A DNA stretch of 64,000 nt from an uncultured Candidatus Poseidoniales archaeon (GTDB taxonomy: Archaea; Thermoplasmatota; Poseidoniia; Poseidoniales; Thalassarchaeaceae), in the NCBI GenBank assembly GCA_964585295.1, contig CAZPCY010000002.1, positions 102,745 through 166,744 of the forward strand, given 5' to 3'. The notes under the pieces are model-generated. The model worked only from the letters and a program-made list of their open reading frames with translations. It ran no database searches and was not told where the DNA came from. The stretch's first letter is position 1. Each line of letters opens with the position of its first letter. Positions 19,010 through 29,330 of the stretch are shown piece after piece. Made by a program: the position numbers and the translations under genes.

Positions 19010-20251
19010 GTGGCAACGGTTCAAGGCCCCTCTCAACCCCCCACTGAGCCGATGGTCACCGGTTGGGCTCGCTACGCCTTCAGATTTGGTGAGCATTACC
19101 GAAATCGAAACGCTGCTGAATATTGGACCCCCCCACGACTCAGACACCGAGAGTGGATGTTCACCCGTTGGGATGGAAGGCCACCAGAACGGCACAGATC
19201 ATTCAGAACGATGGAACAATTGCATCAGAGGATTGTAACCGACCCACCACACAGTTGCTTCCACAGCACAGCCTACTACACCGATGCTGGCGCGTACAAG
19301 ATGGATGAGAAGGGCTGGCAGGGTGCGGATCTGATCTTTGATCTCGATGGCGACCACTTACCTGGAGTCACCGACCTAGACTTCCCATCGATGCTGGAAC
19401 AGATACAGGAGGAAGCATGGAAACTATGGAATGACTTCCTAGAACCGGATCTTGGATTCAGAGAAGAGAACCTTCAACTAACCTTCTCTGGTCACCGAGG
19501 ATTCCATCTCCACTATAGGGACCCTCATCTCCTCTCTCTCGATCGAGATGCGAGGCGTGAGATCGTCAGCCACATCAGAGGGGAAGGTGTCTCAATCGAC
19601 GCCGTCATGCGAGGTGGATTGCACGGTTGGCGAAGAAGAATCGAATCTGGGATTGAGAATGTGATAGAGAGGCTGGAAGCACTCGCCGGCGGAGACGAAG
19701 ATCAGCGAAAACATCTGAGGTCGTTTATCTCCAAGAGAGCAGCAGCAAGGGATGCAGAGGTGAAGAGGATGTCTAATGCTGAACTCGATGAACTCGCGAG
19801 ACTCTCGACAAACTCTGATTCCAGACGTAGACTTCTGGATTCCAAGTATCGCCGCAACGTCTTCGGCCGACGGCTTAATGACGTCTTCTGGGAACTCGTC
19901 CGAGGCGATGCCAGCGTGATCCTAGGCGGGGCAGGAGAAACTGATGAGGGTGTCACCGTGGATGTGAAGAGAGTAATCAGATGGTTATCGAGCCTGCATG
20001 GAAAGAGCGGACTCGAAGTGACTGAATTCCCGCTGAATAGATTGGACCCTGATGGAACCAATCCATTCGATGCGTTGACTGAGGCCGTACCCTTCCAAGG
20101 AGCGGCCAACGAACGTGTCCGACTATTGCACGATGACATCAGGGCGAGAATCTCCGATGAGACGGTCGAGGGATTTGAAGGAGATGAGTTGGAAACCACT
20201 GAATCAATGGCGATGTTCCTGACTTTGAAAGGGTGGGCGGAACCTCTCTGA
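19010..20251 (+). CDS. priS: DNA primase small (catalytic) subunit
   Basis: HREW, HSTAYY, ADLIFDLDGD, FSGHRGFH, DEGVTVDVKRVIR..SLHGKSG. Confidence 0.95.
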   Translation: MATVQGPSQPPTEPMVTGWARYAFRFGEHYRNRNAAEYWTPPRLRHREWMFTRWDGRPPERHRSFRTMEQLHQRIVTDPPHSCFHSTAYYTDAGAYKMDEKGWQGADLIFDLDGDHLPGVTDLDFPSMLEQIQEEAWKLWNDFLEPDLGFREENLQLTFSGHRGFHLHYRDPHLLSLDRDARREIVSHIRGEGVSIDAVMRGGLHGWRRRIESGIENVIERLEALAGGDEDQRKHLRSFISKRAAARDAEVKRMSNAELDELARLSTNSDSRRRLLDSKYRRNVFGRRLNDVFWELVRGDASVILGGAGETDEGVTVDVKRVIRWLSSLHGKSGLEVTEFPLNRLDPDGTNPFDALTEAVPFQGAANERVRLLHDDIRARISDETVEGFEGDELETTESMAMFLTLKGWAEPL

Positions 20252-20325
20252 TGAGAGTTCAGGATAGACAACAACATCAGCCAATGTTAAAACCGAACCT
20301 AGGGTCAAGGCTAACATCGGTGGAG

Positions 20326-21420
20326 ATGATGTCAGGCGGCTCATCAGACGAGACCTTGCCGCCGCCACCTCCCCCGCCTGGTGCAGGACTCCCTCCACCA
20401 CCAGCCCCACCACCCCCTCAACTAACCCCATCCGAACTGCCACCACCTCCAACTCCTCCTTCTTCAGAACAAGTCATCCCCAGCACCTCAAATGATGGAG
20501 ATAGCCCAGCAATCAACGAGGCCAGTATCTCGGCCGCTACCGGTCCCGAACTAGATTCAGGTGGATCCAATGTAGTCAATCTAAACGCATTAGGAGGACC
20601 CACTTCGGAATCCGCTGTGAACCGAGACCAGATGTACGGGCACATTGACCGCATCGCAACCGGTGAAGTGGGGACCCTACTCGATCGATTCGCAGATCGC
20701 TTCGGAAGCGAGCTCGATCGAGAAATCATTGTCCTTCGACGGAAGGAGCAGCAGGAGGCCAGAACCGCACAGCCGACCGTAGAACTAATTTCTCTGCCTG
20801 ATGACGATGAGCAAGAGGAGGAAGAACCCGACGTCGAAGAAGAAGAGGAGTGGGAGGAAGAGGAGACAGAAGACCTGCCCGAACTCCCACGTGAAGCCGA
20901 GAAGCGCATCGATTCTGAACTAGCTAGGATCTCCAAGCAGATCAAGCCCTTGCAGCAGAAATACAAGCTGGCGAAGCAGCGGCGACAGAACAGCAAGGTC
21001 GCCAAATTGTCCCCTAAGTTGAGGGGGCTGATAGATCGACGGGATTTGCTTTTGGATGTGAAGGAAGGGCGCAAGCACCCCTCTGCACTAGCTAAGAGCA
21101 AGCCTAAGAAGGCGAAGCCAATGGCTTCAGAATCGGAATCCGAGGTAGGAGACGACCTCTTTCCCGATTTCGTCAACATCGTCAATGACCTGCTAGGTGA
21201 CATGCCAGACGAATTCGTCGAGGCATTCATCGCAACGGAAGGGTTCTCTCTCCTCCAATCCGTGGCTGAGGATCCAGAGGAAGCGAGTGATGAACTGCGA
21301 TCTGCATTCTTCCAGATGGCGAACAAGGAACTTGGAGAATTGCCAGAGAATAAACTCGATGCCTTCGTTAAGAGCGAGGGCTTCGCCATCTTCCAGTCAA
21401 TGGGAGAACTCTACGGGTGA
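20326..21420 (+). CDS. Hypothetical protein with N-terminal polyproline tract, acidic linker, basic coiled coil and duplicated C-terminal helical repeat
   Basis: LPPPPPPPGAGLPPPPAPPPP; repeat LGDMPDEFVEAFIATEGF / LGELPENKLDAFVKSEGF. Start placed after GGTGGAG. Confidence 0.75.
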   Translation: MMSGGSSDETLPPPPPPPGAGLPPPPAPPPPQLTPSELPPPPTPPSSEQVIPSTSNDGDSPAINEASISAATGPELDSGGSNVVNLNALGGPTSESAVNRDQMYGHIDRIATGEVGTLLDRFADRFGSELDREIIVLRRKEQQEARTAQPTVELISLPDDDEQEEEEPDVEEEEEWEEEETEDLPELPREAEKRIDSELARISKQIKPLQQKYKLAKQRRQNSKVAKLSPKLRGLIDRRDLLLDVKEGRKHPSALAKSKPKKAKPMASESESEVGDDLFPDFVNIVNDLLGDMPDEFVEAFIATEGFSLLQSVAEDPEEASDELRSAFFQMANKELGELPENKLDAFVKSEGFAIFQSMGELYG

Positions 21421-22220
21421 TATGCATGGGATTGCTAGAGAAGGCCGGTGGAATGCAAGCGGACGATCCGCCGAAGAAACCGAAGCGAGCCAAGAAGAAA
21501 AGAGATCCGAATCCTGAGCCGGTTACTGAGAAGCCGAAGAAGCAACGCAGGAAGAAGAAGGAGGTTTCATTGGACGAACTTCTAGAGGAAGAGGCGCAAG
21601 ACGGACCACCTGGGGATTTCATCATCGCTAGCAAGGGTGCACGTCGTTCGCGTGGCTTGGTCGATTTCATCGTCAACTGGACCCTGCCGATAACTATCTT
21701 GACCATCGAAGCCATGGGAACTTTCTGGAATCCGACCTGGCTTTGGGTGGCCGGATTGGCTATTATTGTCTTCAACATAGGATACCTTCCTTACGCCCAT
21801 AAGAGGACTATCGGGAATTTCGTCAGTCGAACGAGATATGTGAACCGGCATGGTAAGGACCCTATTTTCCTCTATGTGACAATCAAGATGATGACCGTGC
21901 CATTCATCATGGGCGCGCTGATTCTCATCGCGACCTTTGCCGGTGAGATTCAAGACAGCAAGGAAGCGATAACCCCGTTCGCCATCGGAGTGGCATTCGC
22001 CTTGGTTCCCTTTTCCGATTGGGTCGTACTGAAGGTTCGACACGAGGCAGGACAGGGTTTGTGGGACACTATCTTCGGTGCTTACATCGTCGCACATGTG
22101 CCAGAGGAAGGTGCCGAGGGATGGCTCGCCAAATTGGAGGCTACAGGTGATTACTTCGAACAGAAAGGATGGCTTTCCGACGAAGAAGGCTCAGAGGAAG
22201 ATAGTGAGAACGAATCCTGA
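21417..22220 (+). CDS. RDD-family membrane protein
   Basis: RRSRGLVDFI, RTIGNFV, QGLWDTIFGAYIV pattern with 4 TM helices. Confidence 0.7.
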   Translation: MICMGLLEKAGGMQADDPPKKPKRAKKKRDPNPEPVTEKPKKQRRKKKEVSLDELLEEEAQDGPPGDFIIASKGARRSRGLVDFIVNWTLPITILTIEAMGTFWNPTWLWVAGLAIIVFNIGYLPYAHKRTIGNFVSRTRYVNRHGKDPIFLYVTIKMMTVPFIMGALILIATFAGEIQDSKEAITPFAIGVAFALVPFSDWVVLKVRHEAGQGLWDTIFGAYIVAHVPEEGAEGWLAKLEATGDYFEQKGWLSDEEGSEEDSENES

Positions 22221-22302
22221 TTCACTGAACTCATCCCTCGCAATCACCATCGATTGGCTGGATGGGATGTTCGATTAACATCGATTGAAGACGTTAGAGA
22301 TA

Positions 22303-23385
22303 TCACGATCCGTTCGACTCTGAATCGTTCGCCTTCTGCTTGGCGAATTCCCGCATGTCCTCTCCGGTGACACCCTCTGCGATCCCCTCGATGTCCTTCT
22401 CATCGACAATCTCAACTCCCAGCAGTGTCTCGATAACATCCTCCATTGTCACTAGTCCTACCGTCCCTCCGAACTCGTCCTTGACCAGCAGCAATTGCTC
22501 CTTCTTCTGTAGCAAGATATCCAAGGCCTCGTCAACCGAATCGCCAGACAGGCAAGTATGGATGGGGCGCATCAGATCCGCCATAGTCACATCGAAATCA
22601 TCGGCAGCCGCCCTCTTGAGAATCTCACTCCTTAGTACGAGACCTCTGGCATCATCAACCGAATCGCCGTATACTGGTATCCTACCATGGACCATAATCG
22701 GCTGCTCCTCCATAATCTCCGATACCGTTCTCTCCGCTGGTACGGTAGTCATCACGACCCTCGGAGTCATGACCTCGGCCACCGGAATTTCTCTCAGCTT
22801 CAGGAGGTTGGTTATCACCATCTCTTCATCCTCCTCTATCGCCTCTTCGTCCTCTGCGACTTCGACGAGCGCAGCTAGTTCGTCTCGAGTCACAGTCTCA
22901 TGGTCGGCATCTGGAAACAGGCCGCGAATCCACTCTATCGGTGCGACGACCGGGATCAGAATGACAATCATTACTCGTAAGGTCCAAGCAGCTGGGGAGC
23001 TCAACTGCTTCCAAAATATCGCACCTAGGGTCTTTGGAAGAATCTCAGATAAGAGTAGGATGCCGAGCGTCAGAACGGCCGAAGCAATGGCGACGCCCCA
23101 CTTGGCATTCGGGGTGCCCTCGACAAGTCGGGCTACCTCTGCACCCACCCCCAGAGCTCCTACCGTGTGGGCAATCGTGTTGAGAGTTAGAATCGCGGTC
23201 AGGGGACGCTCCGGTTCATCCTTGTACCGACGCCACAATGGCGCGGACCTCCTACCCGATTGCTCTATCATCAACACATGAGAGTGGGTGGTTGATAGCA
23301 GAACTGCTTCTAGTATTGAGCAGAGGAATGAGGCGCCGAGCGCTAGGCTCGCATAGAGGATAATCATCCCGTACTCTAACGCCAC
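22303..23385 (-). CDS. CNNM/CorC-type (DUF21 + CBS pair) metal-transport-associated protein
   Basis: SFLCSILEAVLLS, AILTLNT, SEILPKTLG, VMTPR, DEFGGTVGLVTMEDVIE. Confidence 0.92.
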   Translation of the reverse strand: MALEYGMIILYASLALGASFLCSILEAVLLSTTHSHVLMIEQSGRRSAPLWRRYKDEPERPLTAILTLNTIAHTVGALGVGAEVARLVEGTPNAKWGVAIASAVLTLGILLLSEILPKTLGAIFWKQLSSPAAWTLRVMIVILIPVVAPIEWIRGLFPDADHETVTRDELAALVEVAEDEEAIEEDEEMVITNLLKLREIPVAEVMTPRVVMTTVPAERTVSEIMEEQPIMVHGRIPVYGDSVDDARGLVLRSEILKRAAADDFDVTMADLMRPIHTCLSGDSVDEALDILLQKKEQLLLVKDEFGGTVGLVTMEDVIETLLGVEIVDEKDIEGIAEGVTGEDMREFAKQKANDSESNGS

Positions 23386-23562
23386 TGATCGTCTCCTCGC
23401 AGATTCGCTCCTTCTTCCTTCGCACCCGAAACAGCCGACTATGACCTTCTGGAGTCAGCACTCCAGTGAGGGCATTGGGATAAGAGGGTTCGCCGACTCT
23501 ATCCAGTTCAGTTTGGCGTAATATCCGCCATCTTGAAGCGGCGGTGGACCCCGCCTCGTACG

Positions 23563-25797
23563 ATGAAAGGTCGGCACGTGCTCATATGCGTCGCATGGCC
23601 GTATGCAAACGGTCCACTGCACCTCGGCCACGTCGCTGGTTGCTACCTTCCTCCGGACATCCAATTCAGATATCAGCGAGCACTCGGGAACAGAGTTCTC
23701 ATGGTTAGTGGCAGTGACGAACACGGAACACCCATAACAGTGACAGCGGAGATGGAGGAAGTCAGTCCTACTGAAATCGTCGATAGATACCATCGTATCA
23801 ACACCGATGCACTGCTAACTCTAGGTTGCGCATGGCAACCGAACATCGACCAACGTGGGCCTGAATACGGAGGGGCTCTGTTCAACCGTACTAGCGATCC
23901 CGATCATGCCGATATCGTCCAACGGAACTTCCTGTCGCTCCTTGAAGCAGGACTATTCGAGCGGAAGACTATGCAGCAGTACTACGAAGTCAGAGAGGGG
24001 GGTGGGAGATTCCTGCCCGATCGCTATGTCGAGGGGACGTGCCCGAATTGTTCGGAGGATGGTGCGAGAGGAGACCAATGCGATTCATGTGGAACTACTT
24101 ACGAAGCGTTTGAACTACGTAATCCAATATCGAAGATGAATCCCTCAGCACAAATTGAAATCCGAGACACAGAGCACTTCTTCTACCGGTTGGACAGATT
24201 CCAAGAACGCCTTGAAGAGCACGCTGCACAGCGGAAAGGAACATGGAAACCGAATGTCAGAGCGATGACCAAACAATGGCTTGAGATGGGCCTCCGACCT
24301 AGAGCCGTGACGCGCGATCTCGATTGGGGTATCCCACTACCATTGGACAAGGATGAATGGTCTGGTAAGTGCGTTTATGTCTGGTTTGAAGCTGTTCAGG
24401 GTTACCTATCCTGCGCCCGCATCTGGGCCAACCGATATGCCAATGAATCTGGGCATCCAGATGGAATGGAGGCTTGGCGTCGATGGTGGTGCGAACCGGA
24501 AAACGGTGACCCCCCCCTACACATGTACTTCCTAGGGAAGGACAACATCCCATTCCACACGGTCATCTGGCCTGCTCTTATCATGGGATTGAACCATGCA
24601 GCCAAAGGACGTGGTCCTGATGACGAGATTCTCCCTCCCTCCCCCGGCGACCTACATCTGGAGGACGATGTGCCGGCTATGGAATACCTGATGCTTTCTG
24701 GAGGGCAATTCAGTAAGAGTAGGAAACACGCCGTTTGGCTCCCCTCATTCCTAGAGAGATTCGATCCAGACACCCTGCGATATCACCTCGGAATCAATAT
24801 GCCAGAAGCACACGATACGAACTTCGATTGGCACGATTTCGTAGACAAGGTGAACAATGAACTCATTGGCACTTACGGTAATTTCGTACATAGGGTACTA
24901 ACCCTAGGATTGCGCATACCCGGCGATAACCCCCTATCCTCGGTTGAGGACCTCTCACAATGCTCCGAATTGATGGTTAAAATGGAGGATTTGCATACGG
25001 AAATCGGAGGCAGTCTTGACAGACAGAGGTACAAAGAATCCCTCCGTAATGTGATGAACGCAGCACAACTTGGGAATAAAATGCTGCAGATGGCAGCTCC
25101 ATGGAAACACCTCAAAGATAGGGGAGAGGATGCAGGCGAAAGTCTGGCCAGACTGGCTTTCGGTTGGAGGGTGTGCCGTTTCCTAGCCATTACCAGCCAA
25201 CCATTCATGCCATTCAGTGCCCAACGACTCTGGACTATGCTCGGACAGCCGGGGGAAGTCTCGGAGATCCCTTGGAGTAGTGCTGTCGATTGGGCGGTCC
25301 CGATTACTTGGTCTAATGAGGCACCAGAGCCTCTTTTCGACAGATTGGATTTGGATGCCATTATCGAGACTGAACAGTCACTGGTAGACGATGATGGATT
25401 AGATACTGGCCATAACATCAAGGGCTCTGGAAGCGTGAGAGTTGAGGAGGAGGGAGATGACGAGATGAAATGGTTGGACTTCGCTACATTCCAGAGCGTT
25501 GATTTGCGCACAGGTACCATAACCTCAATCGAAGACCATCCAAACGCGGACCGACTCTATGTCGTTACCATCGACGATGGTAGCGAGAAAGGAAGGACGG
25601 TATGCGCAGGGCTGAAGGATTACATCGCAGCGGACGAAATGGTCGGAAGGAATGTGGTCTTCGTGGCAAATCTTGAGCCTCGGCCGCTGAGGGGGGTGAC
25701 TTCTGAGGGCATGCTGCTCGCTGCTGACGATGGCGAGGGGAATGTGAGGCTTATTACCACTCTAGGGGACATTAGGGACGGTTCCACCGTTCGCTGA
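23563..25797 (+). CDS. metG: Methionyl-tRNA synthetase with C-terminal tRNA-binding OB domain
   Basis: AWPYANGPLHLGH, GSDEHG, Zn knuckles, GKDNIPFH, QFSKS, HPNADRL..NLEPR..SEGM. Confidence 0.97.
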   Translation: MKGRHVLICVAWPYANGPLHLGHVAGCYLPPDIQFRYQRALGNRVLMVSGSDEHGTPITVTAEMEEVSPTEIVDRYHRINTDALLTLGCAWQPNIDQRGPEYGGALFNRTSDPDHADIVQRNFLSLLEAGLFERKTMQQYYEVREGGGRFLPDRYVEGTCPNCSEDGARGDQCDSCGTTYEAFELRNPISKMNPSAQIEIRDTEHFFYRLDRFQERLEEHAAQRKGTWKPNVRAMTKQWLEMGLRPRAVTRDLDWGIPLPLDKDEWSGKCVYVWFEAVQGYLSCARIWANRYANESGHPDGMEAWRRWWCEPENGDPPLHMYFLGKDNIPFHTVIWPALIMGLNHAAKGRGPDDEILPPSPGDLHLEDDVPAMEYLMLSGGQFSKSRKHAVWLPSFLERFDPDTLRYHLGINMPEAHDTNFDWHDFVDKVNNELIGTYGNFVHRVLTLGLRIPGDNPLSSVEDLSQCSELMVKMEDLHTEIGGSLDRQRYKESLRNVMNAAQLGNKMLQMAAPWKHLKDRGEDAGESLARLAFGWRVCRFLAITSQPFMPFSAQRLWTMLGQPGEVSEIPWSSAVDWAVPITWSNEAPEPLFDRLDLDAIIETEQSLVDDDGLDTGHNIKGSGSVRVEEEGDDEMKWLDFATFQSVDLRTGTITSIEDHPNADRLYVVTIDDGSEKGRTVCAGLKDYIAADEMVGRNVVFVANLEPRPLRGVTSEGMLLAADDGEGNVRLITTLGDIRDGSTVR

Positions 25798-26349
25798 TTC
25801 GTCATCCGGTTCATCGAAGAACTCCCACTGCAACTCCGCTAATTCTTTCCTGTCTCTAGCCGATGCATACGCAGCTAGTGGGGCGGCATTGAGTTCGATG
25901 AATCCAGAACCCCATCGAAACGGGGATAGCACCCGCTCTGCCTGATCAGATCGCCCCATCAGGAAGAGGGATGCTGCCAGCGCCTCGACCGTGCTCAACC
26001 TGCCTGGTTTGCCCCAGGAGATGGGATTCCCGGCCAGCAGAACGGGTAATGTCCTGCCTTCGAGCCTTGGGGATCTCCGTCCGATATCATCGAACGAGGA
26101 GGAGAGATGCTTCCATGAGCAATCTAGGGCAATAAGTGACACCCCTCGGTTGATTGCTCCGACATCATCTGGTCCTAGCAGGAGCCCTGCACTGGGATCC
26201 AACAGGAAGCCGCGGCGAGGTAATCTGCGAAGGTCAGAATGCAAAACAACAGTGCCCTCACGTTCCATCCTTCGAGCGGTGCACTTCCTAGGGTCGTCCT
26301 GATCTAGATGTACGACATGGAGCACGACATCGTCGCGCATATCCTTCAC
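25762..26349 (-). CDS. tsr3: 16S rRNA aminocarboxypropyltransferase
   Basis: QDDPRKCT, LDCSW, LPVLLAGNPISWGKPGRLSTVEA, FRWG..F..LN. Confidence 0.93.
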   Translation of the reverse strand: MKDMRDDVVLHVVHLDQDDPRKCTARRMEREGTVVLHSDLRRLPRRGFLLDPSAGLLLGPDDVGAINRGVSLIALDCSWKHLSSSFDDIGRRSPRLEGRTLPVLLAGNPISWGKPGRLSTVEALAASLFLMGRSDQAERVLSPFRWGSGFIELNAAPLAAYASARDRKELAELQWEFFDEPDDESANGGTVPNVP

Positions 26350-26350
26350 C

Positions 26351-26875
26351 TCAATCTCGCTTCAAACGCTCGTCTAGAAGGTCCCCTAGAGTCATCGAAC
26401 GATCCTGTCGCTTGGGTAGGGCTCTCGATCCTTCGACCTCTCTATCAACCCACAGTTCAATGCCCAATTCGCGTTCTATTCGATCTATAACGCTGTCCGT
26501 AGGCCTCTTCCCGTTCTCGATTCTCTGGACAACATTAAGGCGCTCTCCTACCCTAGAAGCCAGTGCTCGTTGATCAATTCCTGATTTCCTGCGGCCTGCC
26601 TGAACCCGTTTCGCGAAATCGGGCACCAGCTCCTTTCTCTTACTGACCATTATGTCCCTGCCGGCTCTACCCATCCCACCGTACCCTCCACTCGTCCGAC
26701 TCGTATCTCCTGCGATACGGCTTGATTCCTCATTCGGGCGTATTTTGGACAGCGGCGCCACCTCCTGTAATCCCATGCTCTCGATACACCGACTGCACGC
26801 ATTCAAGGTCGTTCCAGAGATTCTTGCCTTTCGAGTACCTACCTCGGCTTGACCACATAGTTCGCAAGATGCCAT
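26351..26875 (-). CDS. Archaeal multiprotein bridging factor (Zn ribbon + XRE-type HTH)
   Basis: CELCG...CSRC, HTH (QRALA..VVQRIENG.RP), C-terminal TLGD; divergent from pan, a typical context. Confidence 0.88.
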   Translation of the reverse strand: MASCELCGQAEVGTRKARISGTTLNACSRCIESMGLQEVAPLSKIRPNEESSRIAGDTSRTSGGYGGMGRAGRDIMVSKRKELVPDFAKRVQAGRRKSGIDQRALASRVGERLNVVQRIENGKRPTDSVIDRIERELGIELWVDREVEGSRALPKRQDRSMTLGDLLDERLKRD

Positions 26876-26994
26876 CTCAATCCCGTCCACTCCTCGCTGG
26901 CATCCCTTTTCATCGTGATGAACGACACTTCACGCTAGACTCGGACCATCATGTGAAATACCGCGGCCGATGTACGATTGTTTGAGGGGATGCG

Positions 26995-28236
26995 ATGAGT
27001 GGTGGAGCGGATGCCGTCAGACCGCCTTCGGACGACCTCTCTGGTAACACCGATGATGACGGAATGGAAAATCTGCTCAGGCGACTCGAACGGGAGATGC
27101 GGGACCTTCAGGAGCAAGCCCAATCACTTCTCACTGAGAAGATCTATCTTGAGAATGAGCACGCCCAGATGAAGAAGAGAGCGAATAGATTAGAAGAGGA
27201 AGTACGACACCTCAGAAGCCCCCCCTTCATCATCGGCAACATCCAAGATATCATCGATGAGGAGAAAGCGGTTGTCCGATCATCCAACGGCACGGTTTTC
27301 CTAGTTCAACTAAACAGGAGAATCGATCTAGATCGCCTGAAGCCAGGTGCTCGAGTAGCCCTGAATCAGGATTCGCTTTCTGTGATTGAGGTCCTTCATG
27401 ATGCTTGGGATCCTCTCGTTGCTGCAGCCGAAATCGTTAGCGCTCCAAAGGTCCATTACTCTGACATAGGGGGTCTAGACGAGCAGATCGAACGGCTACG
27501 TGATGCAATTGAACTCCCTCTTAATTCCCCTGAGGAATTCGTTAGATTCGGGATCGAACCGCCAACCGGAGTTCTGCTCTGTGGTCCGCCTGGTACTGGT
27601 AAGACGATGCTGGCCAAAGCTGTCGCGAAGTCTACGGATGCGACTTTCTTGGGCCTGGTTGGAAGCGAATTAGCACAGAAATACATCGGCGAGGGAGGCC
27701 GATTGGTCCGAGAATTGTTCGATCTAGCTCGGGACAAGGCGCCTTCGATCCTATTCATCGATGAAATCGATGCCATCGGAGCCAAGCGTCTCGATGCTGC
27801 CACCAGCGGAGACAGGGAAGTACAGAGGACACTCATGCAGTTGCTCGCTGAGATGGATGGATTCAGCGAGGTTGCAGATGTGAAGATCATCGCCGCCACT
27901 AACAGACCGGAGCTCCTTGATGAGGCATTGTTAAGACCAGGAAGATTCGACCGAATTATCGAGATCCCATTGCCAGATGTGACTGGTAGGAAGGCGATTC
28001 TAGAACTTCATGCAGGCAGGATGCCCCTTGCGAGAGATGTAAGAATGGGGCGTCTAGTCGAATTGACGGATGGGTTCAGCGGAGCCGACCTGAAGGCGCT
28101 TTGCGTCGAAGCTGGAATGCTGGCCATCAAGGCTAGTAGAAGAAGGACCAAACAAGTGGACTTCACAGTCGCAATCAGAACCGTTAGGGAGAATCGAGAT
28201 TCAAAGAGCACCGATCCGAGCCCATCCTATGGATGA
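26995..28236 (+). CDS. pan: Proteasome-activating nucleotidase
   Basis: N-terminal coiled coil, OB fold, GPPGTGKT, FIDEID, DREVQRTLMQLL, RPGRFDR; C-terminal SYG (HbYX-like). Confidence 0.97.
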   Translation: MSGGADAVRPPSDDLSGNTDDDGMENLLRRLEREMRDLQEQAQSLLTEKIYLENEHAQMKKRANRLEEEVRHLRSPPFIIGNIQDIIDEEKAVVRSSNGTVFLVQLNRRIDLDRLKPGARVALNQDSLSVIEVLHDAWDPLVAAAEIVSAPKVHYSDIGGLDEQIERLRDAIELPLNSPEEFVRFGIEPPTGVLLCGPPGTGKTMLAKAVAKSTDATFLGLVGSELAQKYIGEGGRLVRELFDLARDKAPSILFIDEIDAIGAKRLDAATSGDREVQRTLMQLLAEMDGFSEVADVKIIAATNRPELLDEALLRPGRFDRIIEIPLPDVTGRKAILELHAGRMPLARDVRMGRLVELTDGFSGADLKALCVEAGMLAIKASRRRTKQVDFTVAIRTVRENRDSKSTDPSPSYG

Positions 28237-28281
28237 TTGCGCCGTTGGGATTTTGTGCGTGACCCCCCCGACCACCAATCG

Positions 28282-29325
28282 ATGGCAAGGGACGGGGTCG
28301 TAGAGTGCGTGCCTAACTTCAGCGAAGGAAGGGACGAACATGTCATTGATTCCATAGTTTCAGCAGCCGTTGGTGTCGAGGGAGCCAAGGTCATTGGTTC
28401 GGAGCCCGACCCTGATTACAATCGCACCGTCGTGACGATTGCTGGGGAGCCAGAGGGAGTCAGTGAGGCCGCGTTCCGTCTTATCTCAAGAGCGGCAAGC
28501 GTAATCGACATGTCCGAACACTCTGGTGAGCATCCGCGAATGGGGGCGGTCGATGTATGTCCATTCGTCCCGATAACGGGTGCGAGCATGGTTGATTGCG
28601 TCTCCCTCGCGCGGAATCTCTCTGATAGGGTCGCTAATGAATTGTCATTGCCCGTCTACCTCTACGGAGAGGCTGCCACCAAAGAAGAGCGAAGGAGTCT
28701 CGCAGCGCTCAGGAAAGGGCAGTACGAAGGTTTGGAATCTCGATTCGATGGATCGGACGACATTCACTCTGATGCTACCAGATTACCCGACGCAGGCCCG
28801 ATTGAATGGAATGAGAAGACAAGTGCCTTCGGGGCCATTGCCATCGGCGCTAGAAGGGTTCTCGTCGCCTACAATGTGAATCTCGACGAGGCGGATGCCA
28901 GAGTGGCGAGGATATGTGGTAGTATCGTAAGGACCTCTGGCCGTCTAATCAAGGGGGAAGACGGCCGGAAGATGAGGACCGGCGGGATGTTGGATGGGGT
29001 GCAGGGGATGGGAGTGCCCCTTGAAACTCATGGAATCAGCCAAGTTTCCATGAATCTGCAGGATGTGACCAAGACGGACATGCACGAGGCATTCGAATGC
29101 ATAAGAAGTATAGCAGCTGATCACGGCATCGAGACCGCGGGTAGCGAACTCGTAGGGCTGGCACCTCTATCGTCTTTCATAGCAGCGGGAAGATGGTTTC
29201 ACGCTAATCCTTCGATAGCGAGCGAAGACGACTTGGTGCAAGCCGCTATCATTGGGTTAGGACTCGATCGATTGTCGTCGTTCGATCCGATGGAGAGAAT
29301 CATAGAATGGGCTGCAGTCTCGTAG
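28282..29325 (+). CDS. ftcD: Glutamate formimidoyltransferase
   Basis: VECVPNFSEGR, DPDYNRTV, HPRMGAVDVCPF, QVSMNL, SELVGL. Confidence 0.93.
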   Translation: MARDGVVECVPNFSEGRDEHVIDSIVSAAVGVEGAKVIGSEPDPDYNRTVVTIAGEPEGVSEAAFRLISRAASVIDMSEHSGEHPRMGAVDVCPFVPITGASMVDCVSLARNLSDRVANELSLPVYLYGEAATKEERRSLAALRKGQYEGLESRFDGSDDIHSDATRLPDAGPIEWNEKTSAFGAIAIGARRVLVAYNVNLDEADARVARICGSIVRTSGRLIKGEDGRKMRTGGMLDGVQGMGVPLETHGISQVSMNLQDVTKTDMHEAFECIRSIAADHGIETAGSELVGLAPLSSFIAAGRWFHANPSIASEDDLVQAAIIGLGLDRLSSFDPMERIIEWAAVS

Positions 29326-29330
29326 GTGAT

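Noticed and set aside
20418..21389. Long antisense ORFs (also 22340-23281, 7266-8075, 34627-35286, 36229-36759, 41023-41763, 57523-58311)
   Set aside because: Ser-rich shadows of acidic or well-supported genes on the opposite strand, with no motifs of their own.
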